64,000 nucleotides of DNA from Raillietiella orientalis (GCA_036172245.1 JAYWIR010000038.1:744001-808000), one strand, 5' to 3'. Positions 25,301 through 39,000 are shown, counted from the stretch's first letter. The notes: generated by a model from the letters alone, not told the origin. A program made the numbers and translations.

Positions 25301-28300
25301 AGGGAGGAGGAGGAGGAGAAGGGGGGGGAGGAGGTTAAAGAGAGATCCTTGTGCATTGAGTACAAGTCTTCGGGAGACTCGGCCAAGTTGCTATCCCTTC
25401 CACTGAAGCCTGCCCAGGAACGGGAAGAGGGTTGAATCTCAGCGCGAGAATAATCCGGGTCCTCACCGGTGGAAGAGTGGGAAGGGCGAGACGAAAGAGG
25501 CAGAGGAAGGCTTGGCGCGAGATCGAACCTTTTGGGTAGGGCAGAGGGGGGAACACAGGGAGTCTTGGCAGTTGGTCTGCTGAATGAACCAATCCGGGAG
25601 TCCTGGAGACCGATGAATCATCTGCTCTCGAGGAGGGGCGTTGATCGCAGAGAGCGAGCGCACGTGCCCTCCCCCACAAGGATTCTGTGGAAAAAACACC
25701 TGACGTGTCGAGTGCGAAGGCATCTGGAATCTCCGTGTCAAGGAGCGTCTGGACGACCGCCTGGGGAGGGACCACTGCGGTTCCGAAGAGGGCTTCCGGC
25801 AAGGTCATTCCGGCGAGATGGAGAGGATGAGGAAAATCTCCACGCGGAATCGCCTTCCGTAAAGGGCAGTGGTTGCCTCCATGCCACGCAGGAAGCAAGG
25901 AGATGTGCACCACTCCAACATCCAAGAAGGAAAAGGAGGCTCCAAAGGGAGCCAGAAGTGCCTGTCCGGAGTACACCCGCTACCGAGGCGACGGGAATTT
26001 TCACGTCGAGACTACGAAGACACTTCCTCGCGGGATTCTCCCTGCTGGGCACATCCTACAGTAGAAGACATCTAGCTGACCTCGTCACTCTCCCCCATTT
26101 CCCGGGATCGGAGAGCAGGTCAAAAGTGGTGGACCCCCCTATGAGGGCAGAAGAGGGTGGAACAGCCACCCGCAACCGCAGAGTGCCTGCGGCCAATCAC
26201 GGACGAGCGCGCGGCAGCGAAAAGGGGAGGAATTGGCCCGATCGACTGGTGGGGGCAGTCGGAAGAGGGGAGGAGGATGGGGAGAAGAAAGCGGGCTGCA
26301 GGGGCGGACAGACGAGTCCCCAAGAGGGAGCGAGCGTTCAGCGGAGTCAACGTCAGCAGGGAGGCAGGGAAAAGCGGCCTTCCTCCCCTCCTTCGCTTCC
26401 GTCGCACCCTCCCTCCCCCGCTGCTTGAAGCTCGGGCGGCGCACGACCGAGTGCACACGACGTGCGTCCCCTCTTCAGGTTTTGCAGATCCAGGAGGAGG
26501 AAGCGGGGAGAGAGAGCTTCCAGGAGGATCCCCTGCCGAGGGGCATCTCTGCTCCCCTTCCCGCAAAGGCGAGCCCCACCTCGAGAGAGCGAACCGGCCG
26601 TGGCACCACTGCTCTGGGAGGGACATCGAGGAGCGCCCGTCCTCTTTGACTGGCTCTTCTTCTTCCCTTTGCAGCACGGACGCCTCCTCTGTCTTCTCCC
26701 TCCCCAGCAGCAGCTCCCAGCCTCCATGGCCGCGTCCGTTTCCGCTTTCCTCTTCCCTGGAAGAGTTTCGCCCGATTTGCGCTGCCGCCGCCCCAGAAGC
26801 TGAGTTCGAGCGGAATCTGAGACGGTGCGCGTCCTCCAGGGGACGAGGGCCTGCGGAAAAGTCGACCGCCCTCCTCCCTCCCCGGACCTCCGCGAGGGAC
26901 GCGGAGCAGACCCTTCCCAGGGCTGGATCTCTCTCCGCACAGCTGCCGCAGCCGTTCCTTCGTGATCCCAACGCCAAGCGTAGACGCCTGAAGATCCTCT
27001 GGACTGCGCCAGCGGTGCTGCCCTCAGCATCCCGCGCGCCTGCACAGCCAGTGGAGGCAGTTTCTCTCCTCTTCCTCCCCCGGGAGGAGGAGAGGCGTCG
27101 CCGCGCCCGCCCGACCAGATCCTCGGATGTCTTCCTCCGGTTCCCGGTTCTCAGTGCCTCCCCCGTTCCTCCAGGATGAGCCGATCTGCAGAACCTGCCG
27201 CGCCTCCCTGCAGAAGAGGACTGAACTCCTGCTGGTCCTTCCATCCCAGCAGCCGCCTGCGGAGGACGTAGGCTGCTGTGACGCTTCCGCGGAAGGGTTC
27301 CGACGTCACCTCCGGCGCGGCTTCGGGGAAAGCTACCTGCCTCCCGGGCGGGGAAGGGGCCGCAAGAGCCAGATTCGGTCGCATCGTCGCCACTTGGTGT
27401 TGTCTGACTTCTCACGGGAAGTGGTGGGGTGATGGATGCTGGGGGAACGAGGAGGAGGAGGAGAAGGGGGACGGAGTCCGGTCGTGGACGCCTGCGCTCT
27501 CTGCTGCGCGGGCAATGAGAGCGGAAGGAGGAATTGCATCCTGCTCTGGAGCTGTGCGTTTTGTGGAAAGCAGAAAGAGTATTCTGGGGACATAAGGAAA
27601 GACACGAAGAGGAGGAGGAAAGGAGAGGGGGAAGGGAAGAGGAAGGGAGTGCTTGATGGTGTCCGCCGAGTTCTCGGCGGTTTGAGTGGCACCTAAGCGC
27701 GCCTTCCTCTCCACCTCCTGCGAAAGGAAAGGATCCTCGCCTCAGTGGAGCCGTTTCGTCTCTCCTTCCGGATTCAGACTGCTTCGCCATCCTCGCCTCT
27801 CCTTGTTCCTTCCTGGTCCTGTGGACCCTGGGAGAGTCCGAGTCGCACCACCCTCCCGTCCTGTCTCTTCCACCAGCGGGCGCCATCCTGCCCCCTCCCT
27901 TTGGCTCTCTCTCACGCCCGAGCCTGACTTTCACTCGGAATGAGGGGGTCCGTCCTTTCGCCCGCCTTTGTTCGGGCGGAGGAAAGGGTAGGGTTAGGCG
28001 CAGGGACTGCAGAAGCTGAGCCCCTCACTCCGAGGGACCCCGAGGTTTAAGAGAGGCCCCACGTGGACTGTGAGGGCTGGAAGAGCACTTCCGGAGCGGG
28101 CCATCGATCCCCCATTCGAAGCCTTCTATTTCTGGCGCCCGGCCGGGCGTGCCTGAGCGGCAGCAGGCGCGCGCCTTCGGCAAGAGTGCTTGAGGACTCC
28201 TACCCTACCCAGGCAGCGCGTGGGTCCGACTCACTCCTCCGGGAACCCACAAGTTCCCCTTTTGTATTTCTTGTCTTTCCTGATCGAAAGGATAAATGAA

Positions 28301-31300
28301 AAGAAAAAAACGCTGAGATGAACGGCGAGCGCGACAAATCTGCCGATGCTCTTGTGGTCCGCTTATGCGGCATCACAGCTTCCCGGGAGATCTCTCTCTG
28401 GTCCAGGGGGTCATGCCTCGCTCTCTCCGTGAGTGAGCGCACCTGCGTGTCTTCATCTTTCCTCCTCTGCGGAAGGATCCTCGGCATCTTCTGCCACGCT
28501 GAGCCGGAGATGTCAAGTGAGGCGAGCGGTCATCAGGCAGGAGGAGAGGGTGCGGGGAGGAAGCCGTGGGGGAGGGGAGGGGGGTCGCAGCCGGAAACGA
28601 ACGTGCAGACAGCGGGAAGAGTCTTACCGCCTCGTTCGAACTCCTTGGAGGGCAGTAGGAGGGGGGGCGTGGAAGGAGGGGATGAAGAGGAGGAAGGCCA
28701 GGACCAGGGAAGGCAGAAGCATCACCGGGACCGGCGGCGCGCGGGCGAGGTGCGCAGCCGCGCTGCGCTGCACTCCCGCTGTGGAGAGGACGACCCCTCC
28801 GCCGTGGGCTTCCCCGTCGTCAAAGGCGACACCTTGGGGGGAAACGAGAACAATCCAGATTTAGCAAATGAGGCGTGGTGGAGGAGGAAGAGAGAAGGAG
28901 GAAGGGAAGGAAGAAGAGGAGGTGGAAGCGAAGAGGAGGAGCAGAATCTTTTCAGTGAGCGCACCACCGTCGGTGAGGCCGAGTCAGGTTGTTCTTGGAG
29001 AGGAGACCCCGTGCGGTGCCTCCCTCTGTGCTGAGTTCCCGTCGCCCGCTCATGAGAATCCTCCGTCGGAAATCTGATTCCCCGTCGCCCTAACGACCCT
29101 TCCCTTTCCACCCCCGCGTGCTCAAGTTCCTCGGCACCGGTTCCTCACGGTTTTTTGACCGCTAGGTTTCCCTCTTCTCCCCTCTCCCCGCCTTCCGCCG
29201 CGGGAGCGCGCTCGGCGTTTTCGGCGGTGGGAGGATTTCGCGCGCGTGCATCAGGCGGGGATTAGGCGACGACCGCTCCAACGACCAGCGACCGGTGAGG
29301 AGGAGGAGGGGGGAGGAGGAAGCAGCTGATTGGCCGCCAGCCGAAGAGGGGAAAAAGGAAAAAAGTGAAAATCAGATTTGGACCACGCCCTTTGGCGTCG
29401 TTCGCTTCGACAAGGTCGCGACGGAAGGGGAAGGAGTCTCCTCCCTCGTTCCCAAGGTGCCTCCTGCGTTTCCAAGAAACGGCTGCTTGGCATTTTTTGG
29501 ACCACTTCCGAGAGGACGGGAAGGGGCGGAGAGTGACGCTCGCGCGCACCGCCGGCCCCACACAGGGCTTTCTCAGATCGCAGCCGAGGAAGCGAGGGGG
29601 GCCGCGGAGAGCCGCTCTCCGGGAGCGCCGCTCCCCCCTCCTCCCTAGAGATCGACTGGCAGCTCTCCCTCCCGGCGGCGCCCTGACCTCTGAAGGCATG
29701 CCCTGGCGACCGAGCCCTTGCCGGAGGAGGACCGGTGGACAGGAAGGAGGTGCCGGGAGCGTCCAGGATATGAAATCCCTCGCGGGCAGCAGCCCGTGCC
29801 CGTGGCGTCCTCGGGGTTGATGGGCAGGCCCATAGCCTCCAGGTGGGGGTCCGGCAAGCTTCGAGGTCCGGAGAAGAGGGACGGACTGGGACCCTCACGT
29901 GGGAGGTGAACGGACCTCTTCCGCAGCGAAGGGGCCGAGACGAAGTCGCGCGGCATCCGGTCCGGAGAGTCTTCGCGACGCGCATGCGACGACGCCTTCC
30001 CGGAAGCGCAGGGCCGCGACCCCCGGACAGGGGGCGTCCGACGCTGCCACGTGACTCAAAGGATGAGCGGATCGCCCCCGCCCCCTGAGCGCGTGGCAAC
30101 ACTGCAAACCTCCCTTCCTGTCCCCGGCGGCGACGCGCGAACGAGGGACCCCCTCGGCAGGTTGCGGCCGCGTAGGAAGAGGAGGAAAAGGAGGGGGAGG
30201 GGCACGCGAGGATAACCTGCAGCGGTAGCTCCGTGCTCCCGTTTCCCGGGAAACGCGCGGGATGGACACCCGTTCGGCGCTCCTCATCTCCCCGGGAGCG
30301 CGCGAGCAGAGTGCATTCGGGCCGACGGGAGGCGCCGGTCTCCACGACGCACCATCCCGCGGGAGGCGGGGGAAGAGCGGGAACGAGCGAACAAAGGGGG
30401 ACGCCGGGGGAGGGAGCGCCTCGCCGAGATGGAGCGAGGCGCAGATGCCGCGCGGGGCACGGCGACGCCGCGTCGCCGTCGCCGCGTAACGTACCTCCTC
30501 GTTACGGGCGAACAGACCGCGCTCTTCGCCTGACGCGCGCACGCGCAGAAGCGCTCGCTCGGGTAGCAGCAGCGGGGGAACGCGGCCGCGCGGTAACACC
30601 GCGTTTCCCCAGAAATAAACGAGAGAACCCATCAGAAGTGGGGCACACCACCCACGCACACAGAACGCGCGTCAGCAAATCCACAGCTGCGTTCCTCCAT
30701 TTTGATTTTTGTTTTTTTTTTTCGTGTTCCTCTCGAAATGCGGGGGCTTCTGCGCCTTCAGCATGGTAGGCGCTCTCGGTTGATCCCGCGAAGCGGCGTT
30801 GCCACGTGAACAGCGCCCGCCCCCGGCAACGGAACTATTTCCCGATTGCCAACCGGACATCCTGCTGGTGGCTCTGCAATGCACGCGGGTCTGAAAATTG
30901 ACCCACGCCAAGGCTGCCTCGGGCAGGGAGGGAGCCGCCGGGAGCAACGGGTTCAGTGCCGCCGCGTCGTGCGCAGCCCGCGCGACCTCTGCCGCCGCCG
31001 CGCCCCTGCCCGGAAAATCCAGCCGATTCCGCGTGGGACGCGGCACTCCTTGCGAGCGCCTCGGGTGCGGCGCTCCACCGTTCCCGACGAAACTTGGAAA
31101 ATCCGAACTGGAATCTTCCCGAAAGGGGGAAGGAGAGGAAAAAGCAGGAGAGCGCTGACGGAACGCCCTCTCACGGGGAGCCTGCCGGGTCGCTGAACGC
31201 GTGCCCGGATTGCAGCTTCGTTACGGAAGGGCTGCCAGCCTTCGGTTAGGGGGAGGGGGAGGTGGGGAAACACTCACGATGGAAGCAGAAGGGCTGACGA

Positions 31301-32020
31301 CGTCTCGGGGAGGAAAGGATGCAGGGCCGTCAGCACAGCAGCCCGACGGATCCCCTCCGGAAGGTGCCGACTGCTCAAGAGCCTCAAAGTGCGGACCCCT
31401 TCGACGGCACGGTTCCTGGTCCTCGCGTCTCCTCTCCCCTTCCCTCCCTCCTTCCTTAGCCCCTCCGCCTTTTCGCTTGCCAAATTGGGAAGGACGGCGT
31501 GCTCGTGGGTGTGGTCAAAGATTTCATTTCAGCTGGTCGGCCGCCGCCACCACGTTCCCCGGCCGATGGCGTTCCTCAAGACGCCACGCACAGGGGAGGT
31601 TTCCTGCTCCATTTCGAATCCGCGGATCACCGGCGAGTGGATTAACCCGAACACATGCGTGGATCAGTGGACCAGTGGAGTGACCATCTTTTCTTCAGAT
31701 CGCCCCATCGGGTTCCTTTCGACTCCGAAACTTCTCAGAGAAAGCCGTTTGTCCTGCGACACTTCCAAGCCGTCCATCCCAACGTCCTCCAGCTGACCAC
31801 GGGTGGCGGAACTGAGCTCCGAGGAGAACCCTGTTTGAAAGCGAAAAGGGAAGTCATGGTCAGTTCATGAAGCCATTCGGCCCCGCTGGGGAAAAGCAAA
31901 CATCCACAGGGGTTAACAGCGGACCACGTTCCATTAGTTTCCGGGATGAAAATGCAGATCCGCCTGTCGCTGGTTTCCGGTATTGCAAAAACGCTGTTGA
32001 TTTTCGGCACGTTGAAAACT

Positions 32021-32172
32021 AGGGTGACGTGCTGGAAGCGGACACGCCGCTGGTCCGGCTCGGCGCCGTGGCGCGAACCGGCGGCGCGGTCGACATGACG
32101 GCCAACAGTGCGACCCCCCGGAATGCAGGGCGACGTGCTGGAAGCGGACACGCCGCTGGTCCAGCCCGGCGG
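32021..32172. repeat. Direct repeat, two copies about 106 nt apart
   Basis: aggg(t/c)gacgtgctggaagcggacacgccgctggtcc at 32021 and 32127. Confidence 0.85.
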
Positions 32173-33052
32173 CGACGTCGCGGTGGGTCGATTTTAAGTG
32201 GCTCACAACGCTGGTTTCCATTCTGGGAACAGGAAGAGCAGCAATCCGAAACAGGCGGGAAGATGAGGCGAAATAGAAGAGAACCCTACACGGGCTTAAA
32301 TTACGAATTTCAAGCACAGGAATCTTCTAGATGCCCTGAAGGGCCTTCTCGAAAACGTTCCGTACCTCATCTCTGATTACACAGGAAGGAACGCGAACGA
32401 AACGAGATCTCGTTGGAGCACGAAAGTTCCATGGAAACCAGTGGATTTTTGCCCGAGTCGCTCTCAGATGGCTGCTGGCGTGCGCAGGGACTCACGCGGT
32501 TCGCCCCCTTTCAATGCGGGAGGCCACCAGAGAAACGCTGCGTTGGTTGCCAGCCGCGGACGGAAGCTGGGTGCGTTGTTTTCCGGGAGAGTGCAGAGCC
32601 GATGACCTTGGAACCATCCTCCGGGAATCCCTCGGGAGCACGCCGCATCCGCTCGCGCGAGCATCCCACCATCCACATCCAGAAAAGTGGGACAGCAAGG
32701 CGTTAGGAGGGGAAGATGAACCTTTGGATGCGTCGTGGAGGGTCCGCAAGATCCCCGACTGCCCCGGAGGGGTAGGGACGACGCTTTTGGACCACTTCCA
32801 TTCCGGCAGAAGCATCAGGGGCTACAACTCGTCCCTCTGGGAGCAGCAGCCTGCCCGTCTGCGCCGGAACGATGCGTTCTTCGGAAAGCTCGTGAGCGCA
32901 CTTGGCAGTTCGACTTTCCCATTCAACCGCCCAAGGACAGGCGAAGCTTCGCAGAAGTCCTTCAGGACAGTTCTTCTGCCTCCGCATGCGCGGACCACCC
33001 GACTCTCCCGAACCACCACCTTCCGCAGCGGGCGCTCGACTCGCGAGGGTAG

Positions 33053-36000
33053 TCAACCTTCGCTGGATGGAAGGGAGCAACGCGCTTCCTGGGATCGGAA
33101 GAGGAGGAAGCGAAACGGGGCGAAGACATCGTCACGGAAGCACGGAACCCGCTCTTCCCTCCCCCCCCCCTCCTGCTTCCTCCTCCCAACTGCGGTGCGC
33201 GGAACCCCTCCGTGCTGGGGATAACGCATGCTAACGACTCGTTGGCCGATTGCACCTAGAGAAAATGGGGTAGGTGGAAAGAGGGGAGAGAGAAGGGGGA
33301 GGGGACGGGAAAAGAGGCAGAGAAGCAGAAGAGAATGAGAATTCCCTACCTGAGTTCTTCTTCACGTGGTAAGCGTTCAGGAGCTTCGTGGAGTTGCCGG
33401 TGTACGATGACAGTTTCGCGCGTATGGCGGGGCAGCCGAACCAGTCGTCGCCCACATCCCTGGGGTACGGACGGCTGGCGCTGGAATCGACCTGCGGAGG
33501 GTGAGCAAAGCTTTTAACAAGGAGCGTGGGTCAACTCGCCCGAACAACGAGGTCAGCAGCATTCTCGCACGGAGAGCCATGACCTGCTCTTTCGGACATT
33601 CAGCGTGAATGCCACCGCGGGCCACCGCCCCAGAGTGCTTCCATCGCTTTCCGTTGCGCAGCCCCAGAGGTTCGGCATCATACCGCTAGAGGGAAGGACG
33701 CCACTCTCCTTGGTCGCTGGCGAGCAGCGACTTCCTCCGTCCCCCGGGAGTGGGATGGGACGCGTGCGGCGTTTCCTTGTCTCCACTGCCCGCGGCTTGG
33801 CACTGTTTGAGGGCATCCTTCAGCACGGAGATCCGTGACTCCTGCCTTCTCTCCTCCTCCGCGTACCACGGGCTGTGCTCTCCGCGACGCTCGCTTCTTC
33901 CTCTTTTAGACTCGGGGGAACGAATCATCCGGAAAGCGACCGGAAGTGGTCGACCCACGGCAATAGGGCACGCCTTCCGCTTCCCCCTTCTGTTCTTCCA
34001 AGAAGTGGGAAAAGTCCGGGGCTGTTGTCAGTGACGACCTTGCTGGGAGCTCTTTGTCTGTTGGTAGGTAGTTTTCGTGGTTTGCTGGCCATCTTGGTGG
34101 AGGGGTGCCCGGAGGCAAGAACCTGATCTTCGAGAAAGGATGGCAGGAACGCGTTTCCCTGACGCGACGCCCTCAGGAAAAACGCCTCTGGGCATTGCCA
34201 TGAGCTTGTTCGACTCCTCCCGTACCTCTTCGCATGAGGGCGTGGCCGGATGCGCACTCTCATGCGGCTAGGGAGGATTCCCTGGACCGGACACTGCTGA
34301 CGCTGCACCGACCCACGTGGCCGCTGCGAACTCCTCCCGGCCCCCGAGCTGGCTGCCCGTCGCTCGCTTCGACGCAGCGGGTGTCATAACTACCCTTCGG
34401 ATTGGCCGCCGCGTGCTGCTGTTGCTGCTGCTAAGCAGCTCTCGTTCCGGGCTTTTTCCGTTTTTTTTTTTTTTTTTCGTTTTCCTGGCTTTTCGAGTTC
34501 CTAGTCAGGGTGGGGACCGTCCGCCGTCCGTGGAGGAGGGGAACTTGGATCCACAGGAAGCGTTCCCGCTCGTCATCTTCCAGGACCACGGGAACCTTCA
34601 CATGTCTTCCGTGAAAAAATGGCACGTGGTGCCAGACATCCCGGCTCGCCTCGCACGCAACGCGAGGGGCGGACGCGCCGCAACCACCGCCAGACCCCCG
34701 TGCGCGAGTGCCCGTGCTCCCACGGGCGCTCAGGAGACGATTTTTCCAGAGGGTGGAGGGAGTCTCGTCCCACAGTCCTGGTCCGGCCGTTGCCTTGCAG
34801 CTCGCGTGCCAGCTGGTCGCCGCCTCCCGGCGTGCTCGGCTGTCGGTTGTCGGGGCAACGGCCCTCTTGAGTCCTCAGTCGGTGATGGCTGCGCTCCCTC
34901 ATCGTTCGGGAGTTGGCTGCCGTCGCCCTCCGAGTGCGTCTGCTTCGACGCTCCGTGGAGATGGCGTGGTCCTCCTCCTTCCGTCTCCCCTGCTGCCGCT
35001 CTCCCCCATCCGTCGCGCGGGGCAACGGGGAGGAACAGGTTCCTCCCTTCTCAGGCGATTCCCTCCTGGCGCGTGGGAGGAGGGCTTCCAGGCGAAGCGA
35101 GGAAGTGCGTCTCCCTTTCCCTCTCCCCGACGCCGGCCCCACTCCGCGTGGGGGGTCGGCTTGGGGCACCCACCTTGATGAGAGCGTCGTCGAACCTCCA
35201 GTACTTCCTCCCTTTGAAGAAGAAGGTGCGCCCCCTGTAGGTGGTCGCTTCGTCGATGCCCGGCTCGATCCCCTCCCACGCGGACATCTTCTTCGGGTAG
35301 GCGTCGCTGACGTGGGGCTTCTTGTCGGACTCGAAGCGCCAGAACTCGTCGCCTGAGACGTGTACCTCCCCCCTGAGCGCCAACTCCCGGGAGGGCGTCC
35401 CCCTGACCTCTGAAGAAGTACACTTTCTGGTTCCGGGTCCACTCGAAGACGGCACTGATGTGGCCCGGGATGCCGGGAAACTTGTCCCTGATCTTCTTGG
35501 GATAGCCGCTGTCCATCTTGCGACCCCTGAAGCGGTAGTACTGGTCGCCCTGCAAGGACGAGGGGAGCTTCAGGTGGCAGGAAGGAGGCCAGGAAGAAAA
35601 GGAGACGAGGTGGGGGAGGGATCCTCCGTCGGCCGGGACTCGCGGGAGCGGAGGAGAATGGAGAAGAGGGAGCAAGTAGGGGGATGAGGACGCGACCTCC
35701 CTGTTCCTCGCCTTCTCTTTCAAGGAAGAGACCCGACAGAGGTTATCCCGAAGTCAAAGGGCAGGGCTCTCGTACGGCAGGCGACGAGCGGGGTAGGGAC
35801 GGGGGTGGTCGGGGAACAGGGAACCGAGAAGGGGTTCCCGGAACGGAGCGGATCTCTCGGGAGGGGGATGCGATTGCCGTGGCCTCCTGCGCCGAAGTCC
35901 TCGGGGACGGGAGGGATGTCCTCTTTCCCGGGGAGCGTCTGCAGCTCGCGCGCGGACGAGGAGGGTGTCGCGAGTGACCTGCGAAGGCGAGTAGGGGTGG

Positions 36001-39000
36001 CGGGTGGTTCGCGAGTCCGACCTCCAGCTGGCGCCGCTGGTGTACGCGCAGGCCCGCGCCGGGAGAAGGTTTGAGTAGGGTAGGCCGAGACCACGAGGGC
36101 AAGCGGAAGGATTGTGTGTGACACCGTGGGAGACTTTCTGGAGGGGAGGAGGAGGGGCGAGGTTGCCAAGGGGGAGGACTCTGTGCGCTCGAGAAGCGGC
36201 GGTGGCACACAGGGAGGCCACGGAGAATGGAGGGAGAGGTCGAGAAGAGGGCTGCCGGCTCCGCCTTGGAAGCGGCAGGAGGACGGAGGAGGGTGGGGTG
36301 GTGAAGACCCCGATGGCGGAGCCACTCAGGGTGGCGCAATCCCATCGAGAGGGTTGCGGGGGAAAAAGGGGAGAAACGCTGCGGTGTCCATGGCGACCGA
36401 GGCGGAATTCCCCTCTCGCTGCTTTTTCGGCGATTTTCTCATCGCGTGCGGAGTGCGCAGGTTTCGACGGGATGATCGAAGGACTCGCGGGAGGAGAATC
36501 AGGGGATGAGTGGGACGAGGAGGGAGAGGCACCCTGCCTTTTGGGAGAAAAGGGACCCGGAAGTGCAGAAAGGGTGAGGAGAGAGCGCCAAGAGGGATGA
36601 TTTCTGGAGAGAACGGGGTGCGCATCGAGATGGAGGATTTCGGGGAAAGGGGAGACCCTGAATGGCGCCCGGGGGGCTTGCGAGAAGGGCCTTTCGGAGT
36701 AGCCGCCGACCCTTCCTCGTCCTGACGCCCATCCACGCATGGGAGCGCGCCCCAGCGGGTCTCGCTCTGCCTTGCCCGACTCTTGCAGCAGGTCAGCTGC
36801 TGACCCTCGAGGAGCGCGCGGTGGCTCGAAGATGGTCCTGGTCCATCAAGGAAAGCTGAGGATACTGCAGCACGGACTGAGAGGGTTTGCCCCGTGCGAC
36901 GCAGCCCCAGGTCCCTTCTTTTCCCAAAGTAACCCTCCCCCACCCCTTTCTCTGGAGACCGCTGGAGGCGAAGGGGGATGCCCTCGGGTCATGAGGGGGC
37001 CGGCGACCCGTTTCGAACCCACCTTGAAGAAATAGATCTTGCGATTCCCGTGCCAGACGAACGCAGCGTCCACGTTATCAGGGAGACCTATCCAGTTGGT
37101 CCTGATGAGGAAGGGACGTTCGACTCCCGTCGAGGTCAGCTTCCAATAGTACTTCCCTGAAAAGCGAGACGTGACCAGGCGTCGGGATGAAGGTGAAATT
37201 TCTGCTGAGGCAGAGTGTCTTCTACCTCCCGGGGGTCATCCTCCTCCCCGGTTGGTTGACTTTTCCTCTCGGGAGGGCGCGCGGAACGCTTCGAGGGTTC
37301 CTCCCGCTGACGGACCGATGATACTGGCTGATCACTGGGCCGCTACCAGGGATGGACCATCCCAGTCCCATCTCGGGAGGCGGCGCGACAGCCCGGAGGG
37401 CGTGGCTCGAGGCCTGAGGTGGGGAGGGAGGGGCGCGCCGCTCACCCTTGAAGACGTAGCCTTCCCTGCTCTCCGTTTCCAAGATGGCGTCGAAACCGTC
37501 GCTGCCGCACAGCATTTGGTCCGTGATCTCCAGGAAGAGACGGTTCAGCTGGTCATCGCGGTCTCCTTTGTCCACGGCATCGGACTTGGGTCCGTAGAGG
37601 CTCTGCGAAAGGCACCGTAAGCGGTTTCCGGGGCGGATGCGGGGACGGCTCCTCGAGTGTCTCCGGAGCAACTGACCTGTATCGCCTCGATGTCGTCCTC
37701 CGACAGCTTGACCGTCGTCTCGTAGCTCCTATAGAAGGGGGCCATCAGCGACGACCTATCCCGGGAGTGCGACAGGCCCAAAGAGTGGCCGAACTCGTGG
37801 GCCATGACCTGACGGAGGTTGGTGCCTGGAGGGAGAAAGGGTACAAGGTGACCACCATGACCCGGCACGGACGCACCGTAAAACGAGCCGACCGTCCAGT
37901 GCTCGTCGTCGTCGAAGTGGGCGCCTCCCCCATATACAGGGAAGAAGGCGTGGGCCAGGGTGCCCCCTCTCCCGTCGAAAGGGTCGCCGTCGCCGTGGGG
38001 GCCCTGCTCGAACCTTGAAAATGGAAGGGGAGGGGGGAAGACCTTCAGAGACTCTTCTTCGTGGTCCAGAGCGGAGGAGCACCGAGAACTCGGGCTGCTG
38101 GGGGTGGGTGGGTGAACGGGCGCCGCGTGTGTGTGGGGAGATCGGCCCGCCCACACGCGGTGCCCAGGCCGGGCCTGAAAAGCAGGCATCGCTCCTGGTG
38201 GCACGCGCCGCTGAGGAGCATCGCAAGCGCCGAGCCAGAGAGACGTCTCAGCAGCAGCAGTAGCGGACTTTGTAGATGCGTGTCAAACGTACCTCCAGCC
38301 GAGCGGCTCATCCCACTCATGAAAGAAATATTCCTACCCTTTGTTCAATCCTTCCAGAAGGGAAAAAACCCAAAAAAGGGGGAGGGGAGGATGTCCCAGA
38401 GTTGTCACATATTTTTTTTTTTTTTTGTACCGAGCGATTTTTCTATCGATGTTGCCGGATCAGTAACGACGTCCACGGGGAATTTCGACCCACCCGCGCG
38501 AATCAACCCCGCTACCAGAAAACAGAACGGACACTGCTTTAGGGACGCCGATCCCAATGACCACGCGTCCTGCGGGAGTGCGAGCAGGAAGGCTTCGCTA
38601 AAGAGGGAGTTCCTCATACGAAAGCGAAAGAGCCCGCCAAGAGCACCACGGAGGCTGGGCGTGCCTTGGTCGTCGGCTTAGACGATTAGGCACGAAAGAG
38701 TAAAGAGGACCACCAGAGGTTTCTCTCCCTCCGAGGCGGGGAGTCTTCGCTCGGGGCGCGAAGGGGAGTACTTCCGGGATGGCGCCTCCGTAGGAATTCG
38801 CCGGAGGCGACGCGGTGCGTGCCAGAGGGAGCCTCTCGGACCTGCCGCAGGGGCAAGGAGACGAGAAGTTGGCCCTCGACATCCAATCCTTTGCTGCTTC
38901 TCCTTGTCCCCCCCTCCTTTCACCCCCGGATGAGCCAACCCGTTCAGACACGGACCTTTCCACGAGGGGAAGAGAGCGCTGCTTCCGAGCGCGCAGGACC

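Noticed and set aside
22400..27450. Exon-like pieces on the plus strand (for example 24165-24286 ATNAAGEEVVILLPDQLLLELTNCC, 27175-27267 DEPICRTCRASLQKR)
   Set aside because: Plausible splice signals, but I could not build a stop-free phase-consistent chain or recognise a family.
25335..31800. Long ORFs such as 26120-27934 (604 aa), 26157-27179 and 29251-30345
   Set aside because: They overlap in several frames, are R/G/P/S/A-rich and show no domains, as expected from stop-codon scarcity in very GC-rich DNA.
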